A stretch of DNA of 64,000 nucleotides from an uncultured delta proteobacterium (lineage in GTDB: Bacteria > Myxococcota > Myxococcia > Myxococcales > Anaeromyxobacteraceae): assembly GCA_963766715.1 (NCBI GenBank), contig CAVYBH010000012.1, forward strand, positions 160,001-224,000, in the 5' to 3' direction. Every line of letters starts with the position of its first letter. Position 1 is the stretch's first letter. The notes beneath the pieces are model-generated. The model was not told the origin of the DNA and ran no database searches. It saw nothing but the letters and a program-made list of their open reading frames with translations. The position numbers were made by a program, and so were the translations under genes. Positions 45,592 to 58,164 of this stretch are shown piece by piece.

Positions 45592-46684
45592 CGGACGCCT
45601 CCCGGCCGCGGCCCGCGCCTGGCGCCTGCGCGCCCAGCTCTTGAAGGCGCCGAGCACGCCGTCCGGCATGAAGAGGATGGTGAGCGCCACCAGGATGCCG
45701 TAGATGAGCATGTGGGCGTGGGACAGGTTGTCGCGCAGGAACGTCCCCACCGTCGAGGTCGGCGCTGACGAGCCCCGAGCCGACCAGCGCGTCGGTGAGG
45801 GCGTTGGACCGCAGCGCCTCGGAGAGCGCGACCAGCAGCGCGGCGCCCACCACCGGGCCGAGGATGGTGCCGATGCCGCCGATGATGGCGGTGAGGACAA
45901 TCTGCACCGAGATGTCGAGCCCGACCGCCGTCGACGGGTCGATGAATCCCACGTACAGGCCGTAGAGGGCGCCCGGCCCAGGCGGTGAAGACCGCCGAGA
46001 TGACGAGGGCGACGTTCTTGTAGAAGGTGAGCGGGATGCCGAGCGAGTTGGCCGCGTCCTGGTCCTCCCGGATGGCCTGCAGGTAGTAGCCCGAGCTTGG
46101 AGCCCTGGAACCAGACGGTCACGAGGACGACAATCACCGAGAGGGCGAGCCCCATGTAGTAGTAGGGCACCTTGGAGACGAAGTCCGTCACCACCGCGCC
46201 CCCCACGACCAGCGGCGGGACGTCGGAGAGCAGGATGCCCTCGGCGCCGTTGGTCAGGTCCTTCCAGTTGAGGGCGGCGAGCCGGAAGATCTCCGCCACG
46301 GCGATGGAGGCCAGCACGAAGTAGGGCCCGCGCAGGCGAAAGGTGATGCTGCCCACGATGGCCGCCACCACGGCCGCGAGGACGAGCGCCGGGAAGAGCC
46401 CCCACCAGGGCGCGATCCCCTTCGTCTGCAGGAGGACGATCACCGTGTAGGCGCCGATGCCGAAGTAGGCGGCGTGGCCGACCGAGTACTGGCCCCCGTA
46501 TCCGCCGATCAGGTTCCACGCCTCTCCCATGATCACGGAGAGGAAGAAGAGGATCATGAGGTGCAGCGCGTACGGGCTGTCCACGAATCTCGGGAAGACG
46601 GCCAGCGCCGCCACCAGGACGCGCCGCGAGGAGCACGGGGAGGGCGGCCAGGCCGCGCTGTCTGGAGCTCCGGAGGGGGGACAT
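45588..46684 (-). CDS. livM: Branched-chain amino acid ABC transporter permease (frameshifts)
   Basis: WNLIGGYGGQYSVGHAAYFGIGAY, RLRGPYF, LTNGAEG, IIGGIGTILGP, FMPDGVLG. Confidence 0.88.
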
Positions 46685-46688
46685 TCCG

Positions 46689-47555
46689 TCAGACCCGTGA
46701 CTTGCCGAAGAGGCCGGCCGGCTTGAAGAGGAGGATGGCCAGGAAGAGGACGTAGACCACCAGGTCCTTCATCCCCGCGCCGATGTAGGCGCCGGCCAGG
46801 GACTCGGTGGCGCCGATGAGGATCCCGCCCACCGTGGCGCCCATCACGCTGCCCATCCCGCCCAGCACCACGATGACGAACGCCTTCAGGGTGAAGGGCT
46901 GCCCCACCTGCGGGAAGATGTAATAGGTGGGCGAGATGAGGGAGCCGGCCACCGCGGCCAGCCCCGCGCCGATGCCGGTGGCGAGCACGCTCATGCGCCG
47001 GACGTTCACCCCCATGAGCTGGGCCGCGTCCCGGTCCTGGGCGGTGGCGCGGATGGCCTGCCCGGTGTCGGTCTTCAGGAGGAACCAGTAGAGGACCGCC
47101 GTCACCGCCGCGGTGATGACGAAGGAGAGGAGCAGCGGGACCGACACCGAGATCTCGCCGATCCGGAAGCTCGCCGAGGAGTAGGGGGTCGAGATGATCC
47201 GGTAGTCGGAGGTGAAGAGCAGCATCATCGTGTTGCTGAGGATGAGGCCGATCCCGATGGTGAGCAGGATCTGGTTCTGCGGCAGCGCGTTCAGGACCCG
47301 GTTGATGACGGTCTTCTGGAGGACGGCGCCGAAGAGGAAGAGCGCCGGGAAGACGAAGACGATGGAGACGAACGGGTCCACGTGACCCATCGTGAACAGG
47401 AAGTAGGACGCGTACATCCCCAGCATCACCAGCTCGCCGTGGGCGAAGTTGATGATGCGCATCACGCCGAAGATGATGGTGAGCCCCACGCCGATGAGCG
47501 CGTAGGCCCCGCCGATGAGGATTCCCGACAGCAGCGACTGGAGGAAGATGGTCAT
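46689..47555 (-). CDS. livH: Branched-chain amino acid ABC transporter permease
   Basis: GLTIIFGVMRIINFAHGE, GQAIRATAQD, KAFVIVVLGGMGS, KPAGLFG. Confidence 0.92.
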   Translation of the reverse strand: MTIFLQSLLSGILIGGAYALIGVGLTIIFGVMRIINFAHGELVMLGMYASYFLFTMGHVDPFVSIVFVFPALFLFGAVLQKTVINRVLNALPQNQILLTIGIGLILSNTMMLLFTSDYRIISTPYSSASFRIGEISVSVPLLLSFVITAAVTAVLYWFLLKTDTGQAIRATAQDRDAAQLMGVNVRRMSVLATGIGAGLAAVAGSLISPTYYIFPQVGQPFTLKAFVIVVLGGMGSVMGATVGGILIGATESLAGAYIGAGMKDLVVYVLFLAILLFKPAGLFGKSRV

Positions 47556-47573
47556 CGGCGGGCGAAGCCGCGG

Positions 47574-48731
47574 CTACTTCCAGCCCGGGAACGGCCAGAC
47601 GGGCTTGGCGCTCTGCTGGCCCGGGGGCCACACGGTGAAGTACTTCCCGTCCTGGACCTGCTCCACCAGCATCTGGTGCTTGTTCTGGTTGGTGTAGCCG
47701 TCGAAGTCCTGGAACTTCACCGGCCCGAAGAGGCCGTCCCAGCTGCCGGCCCGCAGCCCGGCGGCGATCTTCTCCCGGTCGCCGCCGGCCTTGGCCGCGG
47801 TCTCGCCGAGGATCAGCATGGCGGTGTAGGCGTTGGCGGCGTGGTAGGTGGGCACCTTGCCGAAGCGCTTCTGGTAGCGATCGCCGAAGGCCTTGGCGCC
47901 CGGCCAGTTCACGTCCGGCGTCCACTGGGTGCTGGAGAAGACGCCGTTCGAGATGTTCTTCTCGCTGGCGAACTCGGCGGTGGAGAAGCCGGCTCCGGCG
48001 CCCAGGAAGGCCATGGGCGTCAGCTGCAGCTCGCGCGACTGGCGCATCAGCGTGATGGCGTCGGCCACGTAGGAGACCATGAACATGAGGTCGGGACTGG
48101 CTCCCTTCACCTTCACGAGCGTGGAGCGGTAGTCGGGGGAGCCGGGGGAGTAGGCCTCCTCGAAGACGACCTTGATGCCCCGCTTCTCGGCGTAGGCCCG
48201 GGCGCTCTTCGCGCCGGAGACGCCGAAGTCGGTGTTCTCGGAGAGGATGGCGATGCTCTTCGGCTTGCCCAGCGTGGTGGCCATGTCGAGGAGGATCGAC
48301 GTGTAGTCGCCGGTCGTGGCCGAGACGCGGAAGACGTACTTGTAGCCCTGCCGCGTGATCTCCTCCTTGGCGGCCACCGGGTTCACGAGCGGCACCTTGT
48401 ACTGCTCGGCCTTCTTGGCCACGGCGTTCGTCACCGCGGAGGTGTAGGCGCCCACCACGGCGGCGACGTTGTCGCGGGTGGCCAGCTTGTCCATGGCGGA
48501 GAGCCCGACCTGGGGCTTGCCGGTGTCGTCCTCCCAGACGAGCTGGACCTTGATGCCCTTCGCCGCGAGGTCCTCCTCGGCGAGCTTGATGCCGTTCGTG
48601 AGGTTCTCGCCGATGGGCGCCTGCGGCCCGGTCATCGAGTTGATGACGCCGATCTTGACCTGGGCGGAGGAGAGCGCCGGCGAGAGCGCCAGCAGGGCTG
48701 CGAGCAGGACGGGGGAGCGCATCGGGTTCAT
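47574..48731 (-). CDS. LivK/LivJ-like ABC substrate-binding protein
   Basis: Signal peptide, VKIGVINSMTG, EDDTGKP, VGAYTS, YVFRV, ENTDFG. Confidence 0.9.
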   Translation of the reverse strand: MNPMRSPVLLAALLALSPALSSAQVKIGVINSMTGPQAPIGENLTNGIKLAEEDLAAKGIKVQLVWEDDTGKPQVGLSAMDKLATRDNVAAVVGAYTSAVTNAVAKKAEQYKVPLVNPVAAKEEITRQGYKYVFRVSATTGDYTSILLDMATTLGKPKSIAILSENTDFGVSGAKSARAYAEKRGIKVVFEEAYSPGSPDYRSTLVKVKGASPDLMFMVSYVADAITLMRQSRELQLTPMAFLGAGAGFSTAEFASEKNISNGVFSSTQWTPDVNWPGAKAFGDRYQKRFGKVPTYHAANAYTAMLILGETAAKAGGDREKIAAGLRAGSWDGLFGPVKFQDFDGYTNQNKHQMLVEQVQDGKYFTVWPPGQQSAKPVWPFPGWK

Positions 48732-48790
48732 GGCTGGCCTCCTTCGATCGCGAACGGGAGAATGGCCCGGGAGGATAGCACCCCGGAACT

Positions 48791-49250
48791 TCAGGTGTCG
48801 CCGGGCGCCCTCGGGAAACGTGCCCCTGGCGTGCACGACCAGGACGCTCCGGTCGCCGAGGTTCACGACCCGGGCCGCGTTGGTTCCGAGCACGCGGTCC
48901 AGGCCGCCGTACCCGTGGCTGCCGATGACGATCAGGTCGACGTCGAGGCGCTCCGCGACGGCCAGGATCGCCTTCCAGGGAGGCGTCTCGCTCATCTCGA
49001 GGGGCTCCAGCACGACGTCCGGCGCATCCGCCGACCAGCTGCCCGCAGGTCGCGGTCGGCCTGGGACTGCATGCGGGAGGCTCCCCGGTCGTCGTCCGAG
49101 TGGGCCTGCGGCCGGGATGTCCGGCGGGACGTAGAGGGCCCGGTAGACGTGGATGCGGGCTCCGAATCGCCTCCCGACCTCCAGGGCCGCGGCCAGGACG
49201 CCGGGGGCGCGGCGGGAGGAGTCGACGGCGGCGAGGATGGACCGGATCAC
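48791..49250 (-). CDS. Universal stress protein (indels; end approximate)
   Basis: ILAAVDSS, DLIVIGSHGYGGLDRVLGTNAARVV..SVLVV. Confidence 0.85.
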
Positions 49251-49257
49251 GGGGGCC

Positions 49258-52200
49258 TCACGGGGTGGCGGGAGCGTGCGCGGGGGCAGCCGTCCCTGCC
49301 GGCGCCGGCTCCGCCGGGCGGCGGGCGAGCAGGAGGAACATCGTCGGCACGAGGAAGAGGGAGAGCGCCGTGGAGGAGGCGAGGCCTCCCACCACCGCGA
49401 GCGCCAGCGGCCGGTTGGCCGCGGTGCTGGCCTCGAGCCCGAGCGCCGTCGGGAGCAGGCCGATGATGGTGGCGAGGCTCGTCATGAGGATGGGGATGAA
49501 CCGGGTGCGCCCGGCCGTGACCACGGCCTCCACCTTCTCCATCCCGCGCAGGTACCGGTTGTTGGCCTCGTCGACGAGGAGGATCCCGTTCGACACGGCG
49601 ATGCCGATGACCATCAGCATCCCCATGAGCGCCGTGATCGAGAAGCCCTGGCCGGCGGCGAGCAGCGCCAGCACCACGCCCACCAGGGAGACCGGGATGG
49701 TGAAGAGCATGACGAAGGGGAGCCGGAGCGACTTGAACTGGGAGGCCATCACCATGAAGACGACCATCACGGCGAGCCCGATGGCCAGCCCCAGGCCGCC
49801 GAAGGTGGTCCGCATCAGCTCGACCTGCCCCACGAAGTGGTACCGGACGTCCCTCGTGCGCGGATCGGCCGCGAGCTTCCGCTCCAGCTCGGCGGCTGCG
49901 CTCCCGATGTCCCTGTCGCTCGGTCATCATGAGGAGGTGGCCGGCGCGCTCCAGGTTGTTGCGCTCCACGAGGATCGGGCCCGCCGAGCGCTGGACCGTG
50001 GCGTAGGCGCCCAGCGTGACGGCCTTGCCGGTGTCGCTCACCCGCACCGGGATCCGGGCCAGGTCCTCGGGCCCCAGGATGGTCCGGCCGTCGTAGGAGG
50101 TGACGACGTAGTACGACTGCCCGTTCCCGCCGTCGACCCAGATGCTCGGCGAGTTGATGTTGCCGAGGGTGGCCTCCAGGGTGGCCTGCGCCGCGGCGCG
50201 AGGCGACACGCCGACCAGGCCGGCCCTGGTGCGATCGGTGTCGATGCGCACCTCGGGGTAGCTGGTCTGGGTCGGTCGAGTAGATGTCGCCGATCCCCGG
50301 GACGGTCCGGGCCACGTCGGCCACGACGTCGAGCTCGGCGGCGAGCTTGTCGAGGTCGTCGTTGCGGACCTCGAGCGCGAGCGGGGCGCGGTAGCCGTTC
50401 GCGAAGACGCTGGCGACCAGCCCGCCGGGCGCCTGGAGGAACTCGACGCCCGGATAGTGCTTGCGGAGGATGGCGCGGGCCATGTCCGCGATCTCCCCCT
50501 GCGTCTGCTTGCGATCCTCCGCGTCGACGAGCTGGAGCCGGATGTAGCCCATGTGCGGACCGGCGTTGAAGCTCCCCATGGCGGCGCGGATGTTCTGCGG
50601 GACGCCGATGTTGGTCAGCACCAGCTTGACGGTGTCCTTGGGCAGCTCGTCGACGACCGTCTTCGCCATCTCGTCGATGCGGCGCGAGGCGTCGCCAATC
50701 GACACGCCGGGCGCGAAGCGGACGTAGATCCGCTCCATCGACTCGTCGATCTCGGGGAAGAAGGTGCTGGGGAGGCGCGAGGCCGTCACGCCGGCCGCGA
50801 TGACCAGCACCGCGATGCCGGAGAGGAGCCAGGCGCGGTAGGGGAGGACCCGGCGCAGGGCGCTGGCGTAGCCGTCGGCGATCCTTCCGATGAAGCCCCC
50901 GACGACCTTGCCGACCCTCCCGGGCTCCTCGTGCCCGAGGAAGTACCGGCAGGCGAGCGGGGTCACGAGCATGCTGACGAAGTAGCCGGCGAACATGGCC
51001 ACCGCCACGGTGAGCGCGAGCGGCCCGAAGAGCTTTCGGGCCAGCCCGTAGAGGAGGACGACCGGGAGGAGGACGGCCACCGTGGTGAGGGTCGCCGCCA
51101 GCGCCGGCACGGCCACCGAGTTGGCTCCGCCCAGGGCCGAGGCGCTCGCGTCCTCTCCCCCGGCGCGATGCCGGTGGATGGCCTCCAGCACCACCACCGA
51201 GATGTCCACCAGCGGTCCCATGGCGAGCGTCAGGCCACCCAGCGTGAAGGCGTTCAAGCTCTGTCCCGTGGCGTACAGGACGATGAGGATGATGGCGAAG
51301 GAGATGGGAATGGCGATGGCCGCGATGAGCATCGACCGGGCGCTCTGGAGGAAGAGCAGGATGACGAGGGAGATGAGGACGAGGGCCTGGACGATCTCCT
51401 TCTTCAGTCCGGAGTAGGTGTTCCGGACGAAGGTCGACTGGTCGAAGATGGGCTCCACCTTCAGGCCCGGGGGCAGGTTCTTGAGCTCCGCCACCGCCTT
51501 CTTGACCGCGTCGACCACCTCGAGCGTGTTGCCGCCCGGCACGCGCAGCACGTTCAGGTAGACGGCGTCGTTGCCCTGGATGTTGACCGCCTGGGTGCGA
51601 GGCGTTCCCGAGTCCTCGACCCGGGCCACGTCCTTGATGAGGACCTGCTGGTTGCCGCGGACCTTGACCGGGGCGTCGCCGATGTCCTTCACCTTCCGCG
51701 CCACGGCGTTGGTGTAGACGTTCGCGTCGAAGGTGGGAGCGATGAACTCGCCGGAGGGGAGCAGCGCGTTCGACTGCGCCACCGCGGCGGCCACGTCGGC
51801 CGAGGTCACGTTCCGGGACTGGGCGCGGGCCTGGTCCACGATCACGTTGATCTGGCGCTGCCGGCCGCCGTTGATGGCGGCGCTGGCCACGCCGGAGATC
51901 CCCTCGAGGATGGGCTCGATGTCGTTCAGCGCGTAGTCGTAGAGCTGCGGCCCGGTGAGGCCTCCGCCGTAGACCGCCACCTGGATGACCGGCGCGTTCG
52001 AGGGATCCCACTGGATGACGAAGGGCGGGAGGACGCCCAGCGACTTCGGGACCGCGCTCATCGCGAAGGCCACGTTCTGCTGCACGAGCGTCTGGGCGGA
52101 GTTGAGGTCGGTGCCCCACTTCAGCCACACGAAGACGATGCTCAGGTTGTTGCGGGACGTGCTCTCCACGTGATCCACGCCCGGCGTGGCGCTCACGTAC

Positions 52201-52401
52201 TTCTCGATGCGCCAGCTGATGGTCTTCTCCACGTCCTTGGGGCCGAGGCCCGGGGCGAGGGTTCCGACCACCAGCACCGGCGGCGTGAGCTCCGGGAAGG
52301 TGTCCACGCTCATGCGCGGCGTCAGCACGAGCGGCGAAGACGATCACCGCGATCGACGCCATGAGGATGGCGATGGGGTTTCGAAGCGCGAGTCCGGTCA
52401 T
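49258..52401 (-). CDS. RND efflux permease (AcrB/CusA family; several frameshifts)
   Basis: ALRNPIAI, DTFPELTPP, DQSTFVR, FFPEIDE, MASQFKS, GIAVSNGILLVD, RFIPILMTSLATIIG. Confidence 0.9.
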
Positions 52402-52413
52402 GGGGATGCCTCC

Positions 52414-53594
52414 TCAGTCCCGGCTGGCGCGGGGCGGGAGGGACGGCTCGACCGCCGCCTTGACCCGATCGCCGTTCTGGAGGGACCCGCGCCCTTCCGT
52501 CACGACGACGGTCCCGGGCGCGAGCGACGGCCCGACGAAGAGGCGTCCCTCGCCCTCGCCGACGACCTCCACCGTCTTCTTGCTGGGCCACGCCGCCCTC
52601 CACCGTCATCACGGTGGCCTTCTCTCCCCGGACGGTGGCGGCGGTGAGGGGAATCTCCGTGGCCGGGATCGGCTTGCCGGCCTCGATGGACAGCTCGGCG
52701 GTGGTGTAGACGGGCAGGCGCCGTCCGGGATCCGGGACGTCGATCTCGAAATGGATGGTGCGGGTCGACCGGTCGGCGGCCGGAGAGCGCCGGGAGATCG
52801 TGGCCGGTGAGCTCGGCGCCGGTGGACGTGATCCGGATCTTCACCGGCGTCCCGGGTGCGACGTTCGCGAAGTCCGCCTCCGGGACGTCGGCGACGACCC
52901 GGACGACGGAGCGGTCCACGACCGAGAGCGCCCAGGTGCCCGGGCGGGCGAAGGCGCCGGGGTCCATCTCGCGGGCTCCCACCTCGCCGTCGAACGGGGC
53001 CCGCAGGATGCAGTCGTCGACCTCGAGCGACGAGCGAACCAGCTTGGCGCGGGTGCTCTGGAGCTCGGCCTCCTTGCTCGCGCTCTCGGCGTTCTTCTGC
53101 TCGGCCTCGTTGGGGGAGACGAAGCCCCCCGCGAGCAGGCCGCCGACGCGCGAGGCCTCGTGGGCGAGCGCTTCCTGGCGCGCCTCGATGGCGCGGGCCT
53201 GCGCGGCGACCGCCTTCGATTCGGCGGAGGCGTTGCGGCAGTCCAGCGTGCCCAGGACCTGCCCCTTTCGCACGGCCGCGCCCGGGCGCACGAGGATGGT
53301 GTCGACGTAGGCGGCGACGAACTGTGGCCCCAGGCGCGCCTCGATCCAGGGCTCCACCGTCCCGACGTAGTGGGCGATGGGCTGGAAGCTCGCGGCGACG
53401 GCGGTGCCGGTCGCCACGCCCTTCGGCTCGGCGGACAGGGGCACCTTGTTCACCCGGCTCGTCGAGCGGGCGAGGAGCAGGCCCCCGCCGGCGAGGACCA
53501 CCAGCACGACGATGGAGATCGCGAGGGGAACCGGAGGAAGCCTCCGGAACCACGAGCGCGCCGGGGCGTCACCGGTCTTGCTGGGGTCTGTCAC
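52414..53594 (-). CDS. RND periplasmic adaptor (MFP; frameshifts)
   Basis: TM anchor, VRPGAAVRKGQVL, LRAPFDGEV, VPEAD. Confidence 0.88.
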
Positions 53595-55016
53595 GTTCCC
53601 TCCACGATGAGGCGGCCCAGGATGGCTCGCTGCCGGGCGAGCTCGAACTGGCCCAGGGCGAGCCCGATCTCGGCGTTCGTCCGGAGCGCCTCGGCGTCGG
53701 TGAGCTCGACGATGGTGGCCAGGCCGGCCCGGAACCGGGCGTCGGCCTGCGCCGAGTTGGCGACGGCCGCCTCGACCTCGCGCTGGAGCGCCGCGATGGC
53801 CTTCCGGGCGGCGTCGACGCCCACCCAGGCGCGCTGCACGGACGCCGTCTGCCCCTGGCGGACGAACTCCAGCTCCGCCCGCCGGACCTCCTCGCGCTGC
53901 CGGGAGGCGTCGACCCGCTTCCAGGTCACCCAGTCGAAGATGGGGATGCGGAGCACGAGGGCGACGTCCCAGTTCGGGACGTCCGGGAGCCAGCCGCCGT
54001 GCGGAGCCGCCGCGTCGCGCGGCAGGGCGGGCGGCGCGCCGCCCTCGCGCCCGGAGAAGCTGCCGCTGAGGAGGAGGGTGGGGCGCAGCGAGGCGGAGAT
54101 CGACTCGGTCACCGCCTCCTGGGTGCGAACCTGCGCCGCGGCGGCGCGGACGACCGGGTCGCGGGTCGCCGCCATCTCGATGGAGACCTGGAGCGAAGGC
54201 AAGGTGGTGACGGGCGGAGGGGCCCCGGACGCGTCCAGCCGCTCCTCCGGGATGCCCACCGCGGCCGCCAGCGCGGCCTGGGCGGCGAGGAGCCCGCCCT
54301 TCTGCCCGGACCCGGCCGACGTCGTAGCGCGCCACGTCGGCCTCGGCGCGGGTCAGGTCGAGCGGAGGGCGCAGGCCCGCCTTCACGCCGGCGCCCGCCT
54401 GGTCGCGGTGCACGGTCGCTCTCCGGTAGGCCTCCTCCGAGGCCTGGAGCACGTTGCGGGCGGCCTGGACGGCGAAGAAGCTCTCCTCGACGCCGAGCGA
54501 CGACGAGGAGGAGCTGCGCCTCGGCGCCGAGCTTCTGGTACTCGACGACGGCATCGTCGACGGAGGCCTGGGCGGCGATGCGTCCGAAGTCGAAGACCTG
54601 CTGGGTCACGCCCACGCCCGCCAGGGTCGACGGCGTACGGGTCGAGAGAGCCCGTGGCCGTGACCGGCGTTCCGCCGATTCGAGGGAGGTCCACGCCTGC
54701 CGAGTTGAAGTACGAGGCGGTGGTGTTGTTGGCGGTGCCGCCGAGCAACTGGGCCGTCGCTCCGACGTACGGGAACCACTGCGCCCGGGTGGCGCGGGCG
54801 TCGGCCTCGCTGGCCTTGATCCGGGCGAGCGCGGCGGTCACGGCCGGCTGGTGCTCCCGCGCGTAGGCGAGGGCGTCGGGAAGCGTCATGGACCGGACGT
54901 TCGCGCCTGGCTCGGCGGCGCGCGCCGGAGGGGCGCCAGCGACGGCGAGCGGGAGTGCGAGAAGGCACCACTTCGGCAGCGCGAAGTGCGCGCGTGACGG
55001 AGGTGGACTCGTTCAT
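53591..55016 (-). CDS. TolC family outer membrane efflux protein (frameshifts; start approximate)
   Basis: Signal peptide, MTLPDALAYAREHQP, QQVFDFGR, IPIFDW, RFRAGLATIVELTDAE. Confidence 0.85.
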
Positions 55017-55030
55017 CGAAGCCGGGACAA

Positions 55031-55047
55031 AGCACGCCACGAGCCAA
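55031..55047 (-). promoter_or_regulatory. Sigma54 -24/-12 promoter for the tolC-MFP-RND operon
   Basis: Minus strand TTGGCTCGTGGCGTGCT = GG-N10-GC. Confidence 0.6.
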
Positions 55048-55101
55048 GGGAATCGGGCTCTTCATTCCAGGGAGTTGAGCAAATCCGCCTCCGGCGAGGT
55101 T

Positions 55102-55136
55102 CGGGAAATTTTCCGGTGCGATGCGGAATATTTCCG
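55102..55136. promoter_or_regulatory. Tandem palindromic enhancer-like sites
   Basis: GGAAA-T-TTTCC (55104-55114) and CGGAAT-A-TTTCCG (55124-55136), centres 21 bp apart. Confidence 0.6.
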
Positions 55137-55252
55137 TTACGTTCGCCGGAGACCCGTCCGTGTCCTGCGCCATCTCGGGGCCTTGGCGCCATCGACCTCC
55201 GCGGTCTGCTTCTTGCTGGATGCGCCCGAGGCCCATGAGGTACGCGCTCGTC

Positions 55253-56637
55253 ATGGATGCAAAGGCGGCCCGGCGGGAGTTCGCCGGCGAGGGCGGGCCG
55301 GCGCGCGCTTCGCGTGCCCTGGCTCGCGCTGGCCATGGTCGCCGCCGTGTGCGCCGTCGGAGGCGCCGCCTACTGGGACGAGGAACGCGAGTCGGCGGCG
55401 GCCCTGGAGGATTTCGCCCAGGAGCAGTCGACGCTCGCCCGGAGCGTCGCCGCCACCATCCAGTCGCGGCTCGCGGCGGAGGCCGGACGGCGACGGCGAC
55501 CCTCGGGCCGTTCTCGCCAGGGGGCTCGGGGACCTGGAGCGGCCCGGCGCCCTGCTGGTGCTGCTCCTGCCGCCGTCGGGAAGCCGGCTCCAGGCGTCCG
55601 ACGGACGCACGCTTTCGTCCCAGCCCATCCTCGACGCGATGGCGAAAGGGGACCTGGCCGTTCGACTCCCCCCGCCCGAGGCCGCGGAGCTCGGGCTCCC
55701 GCGGCGGACCGCCGTCGCCGGCCTCGCGTGGATCGACGGTGGAGCCCGGGGCCGATGGGGCGTGGCGGTCGTCGCCAATGCCGAGCGGCTCCGGGACCGC
55801 GAGCGACGGGCGCGGCTTCGCCTCGTGCTCGCCACGGTGCTCGCGGGCGGACTCGTCCTCACGTTCGGCGGCAGCGCCCTGCGGCGGCAGCGGAAGGAGC
55901 TGGAGCTCGAGCGGGAGCTCGCCATCGCAGCGCTCCAGCGCCGACGGGACGAGCGGCTCGAGCGTGCCGACCGGGCCGCCACCCTGGGGACCTTCGCCAT
56001 GGGCATCGCCCACGAGATCTCCACGCCCCTCGGCGTCATCGCGGGGCGGGCGGAGCAGCTCCTGCCGGGCGTGCAGGCGGACGAGAGGGCGGAGCGCTCC
56101 GTGCGCGCCATCCTCGACCAGACCGACCGGATCCACCAGGTCATCCGGGCCTTCCTGGGGCTGGTGCGCGGCGACGCGCCGACGGCCCTCGATCTCGGCG
56201 CCGGCCGACATCGCCTCGCGCGCGCTGGCGCTCTGCGAGCACCGGTTCACCCGGGCCGGCGTGGCGCTCGTCGGCGACCTGCCGGAGGGGCTTCCGCAGG
56301 TCCGCGGGGACCCGAGCCTCCTCGAGCACGCGCTCGTGAACCTGCTGCTCAACGCCTGCGACGCCTGCGAGCGCGGCGGCAAGGTCCAGCTCGCCATCGA
56401 GGGAGGGCCGACGGTCGCGTTCGTCATCTCCGACGACGGGATCGGGATCACCAGCGCCGATGCCCTCCGCGCGGTGGAGCCCTTCTTCACGACCAAGTCG
56501 AGCGGGAAGGGGACCGGCCTCGGGCTGGCGATCGTCACCGAGATCGCCAAGCACCATCGCGGCAGCCTGACGCTCTCCCCGCGCAAGCCGCACGGGACCG
56601 TCGCCAGGCTCGAGATTCCCGCCTCGCGGGGGCAGGC

Positions 56638-56641
<4 letters not shown>
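55253..56641 (+). CDS. Membrane sensor histidine kinase (frameshifts ~55495 and ~56200)
   Basis: Two TMs, GIAHEISTPL, ALVNLLLNA, DDGIGI, EPFFTTK, GTGLGL. Confidence 0.9.
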
Positions 56642-58005
<1,364 letters not shown>

Positions 58006-58164
58006 AATCGGGCCGCCGGCCGTCCGGGAACCGGGAGATCCGGGGCACCCCGCCGATTCGCCCGAATCGTTTTCCTCGTCGCCACGGGACCGTCACACTC
58101 GCCCGTCAGGTTGCGTCGCCAAGGAATCAACCGAACCGAACTCTTGAAAGCAGGTGGAGGACAC

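Noticed and set aside
44869..46684. Apparent LivM-LivG fusion
   Set aside because: GGAGG SD and an ATGA overlap at 45588-45591 indicate separate genes; an indel is likely
47574..49250. Apparent Usp-LivK fusion (558-aa ORF)
   Set aside because: LivK has its own AGGAGG SD, ATG and signal peptide at 48731; the fusion is best explained by an indel removing the Usp stop
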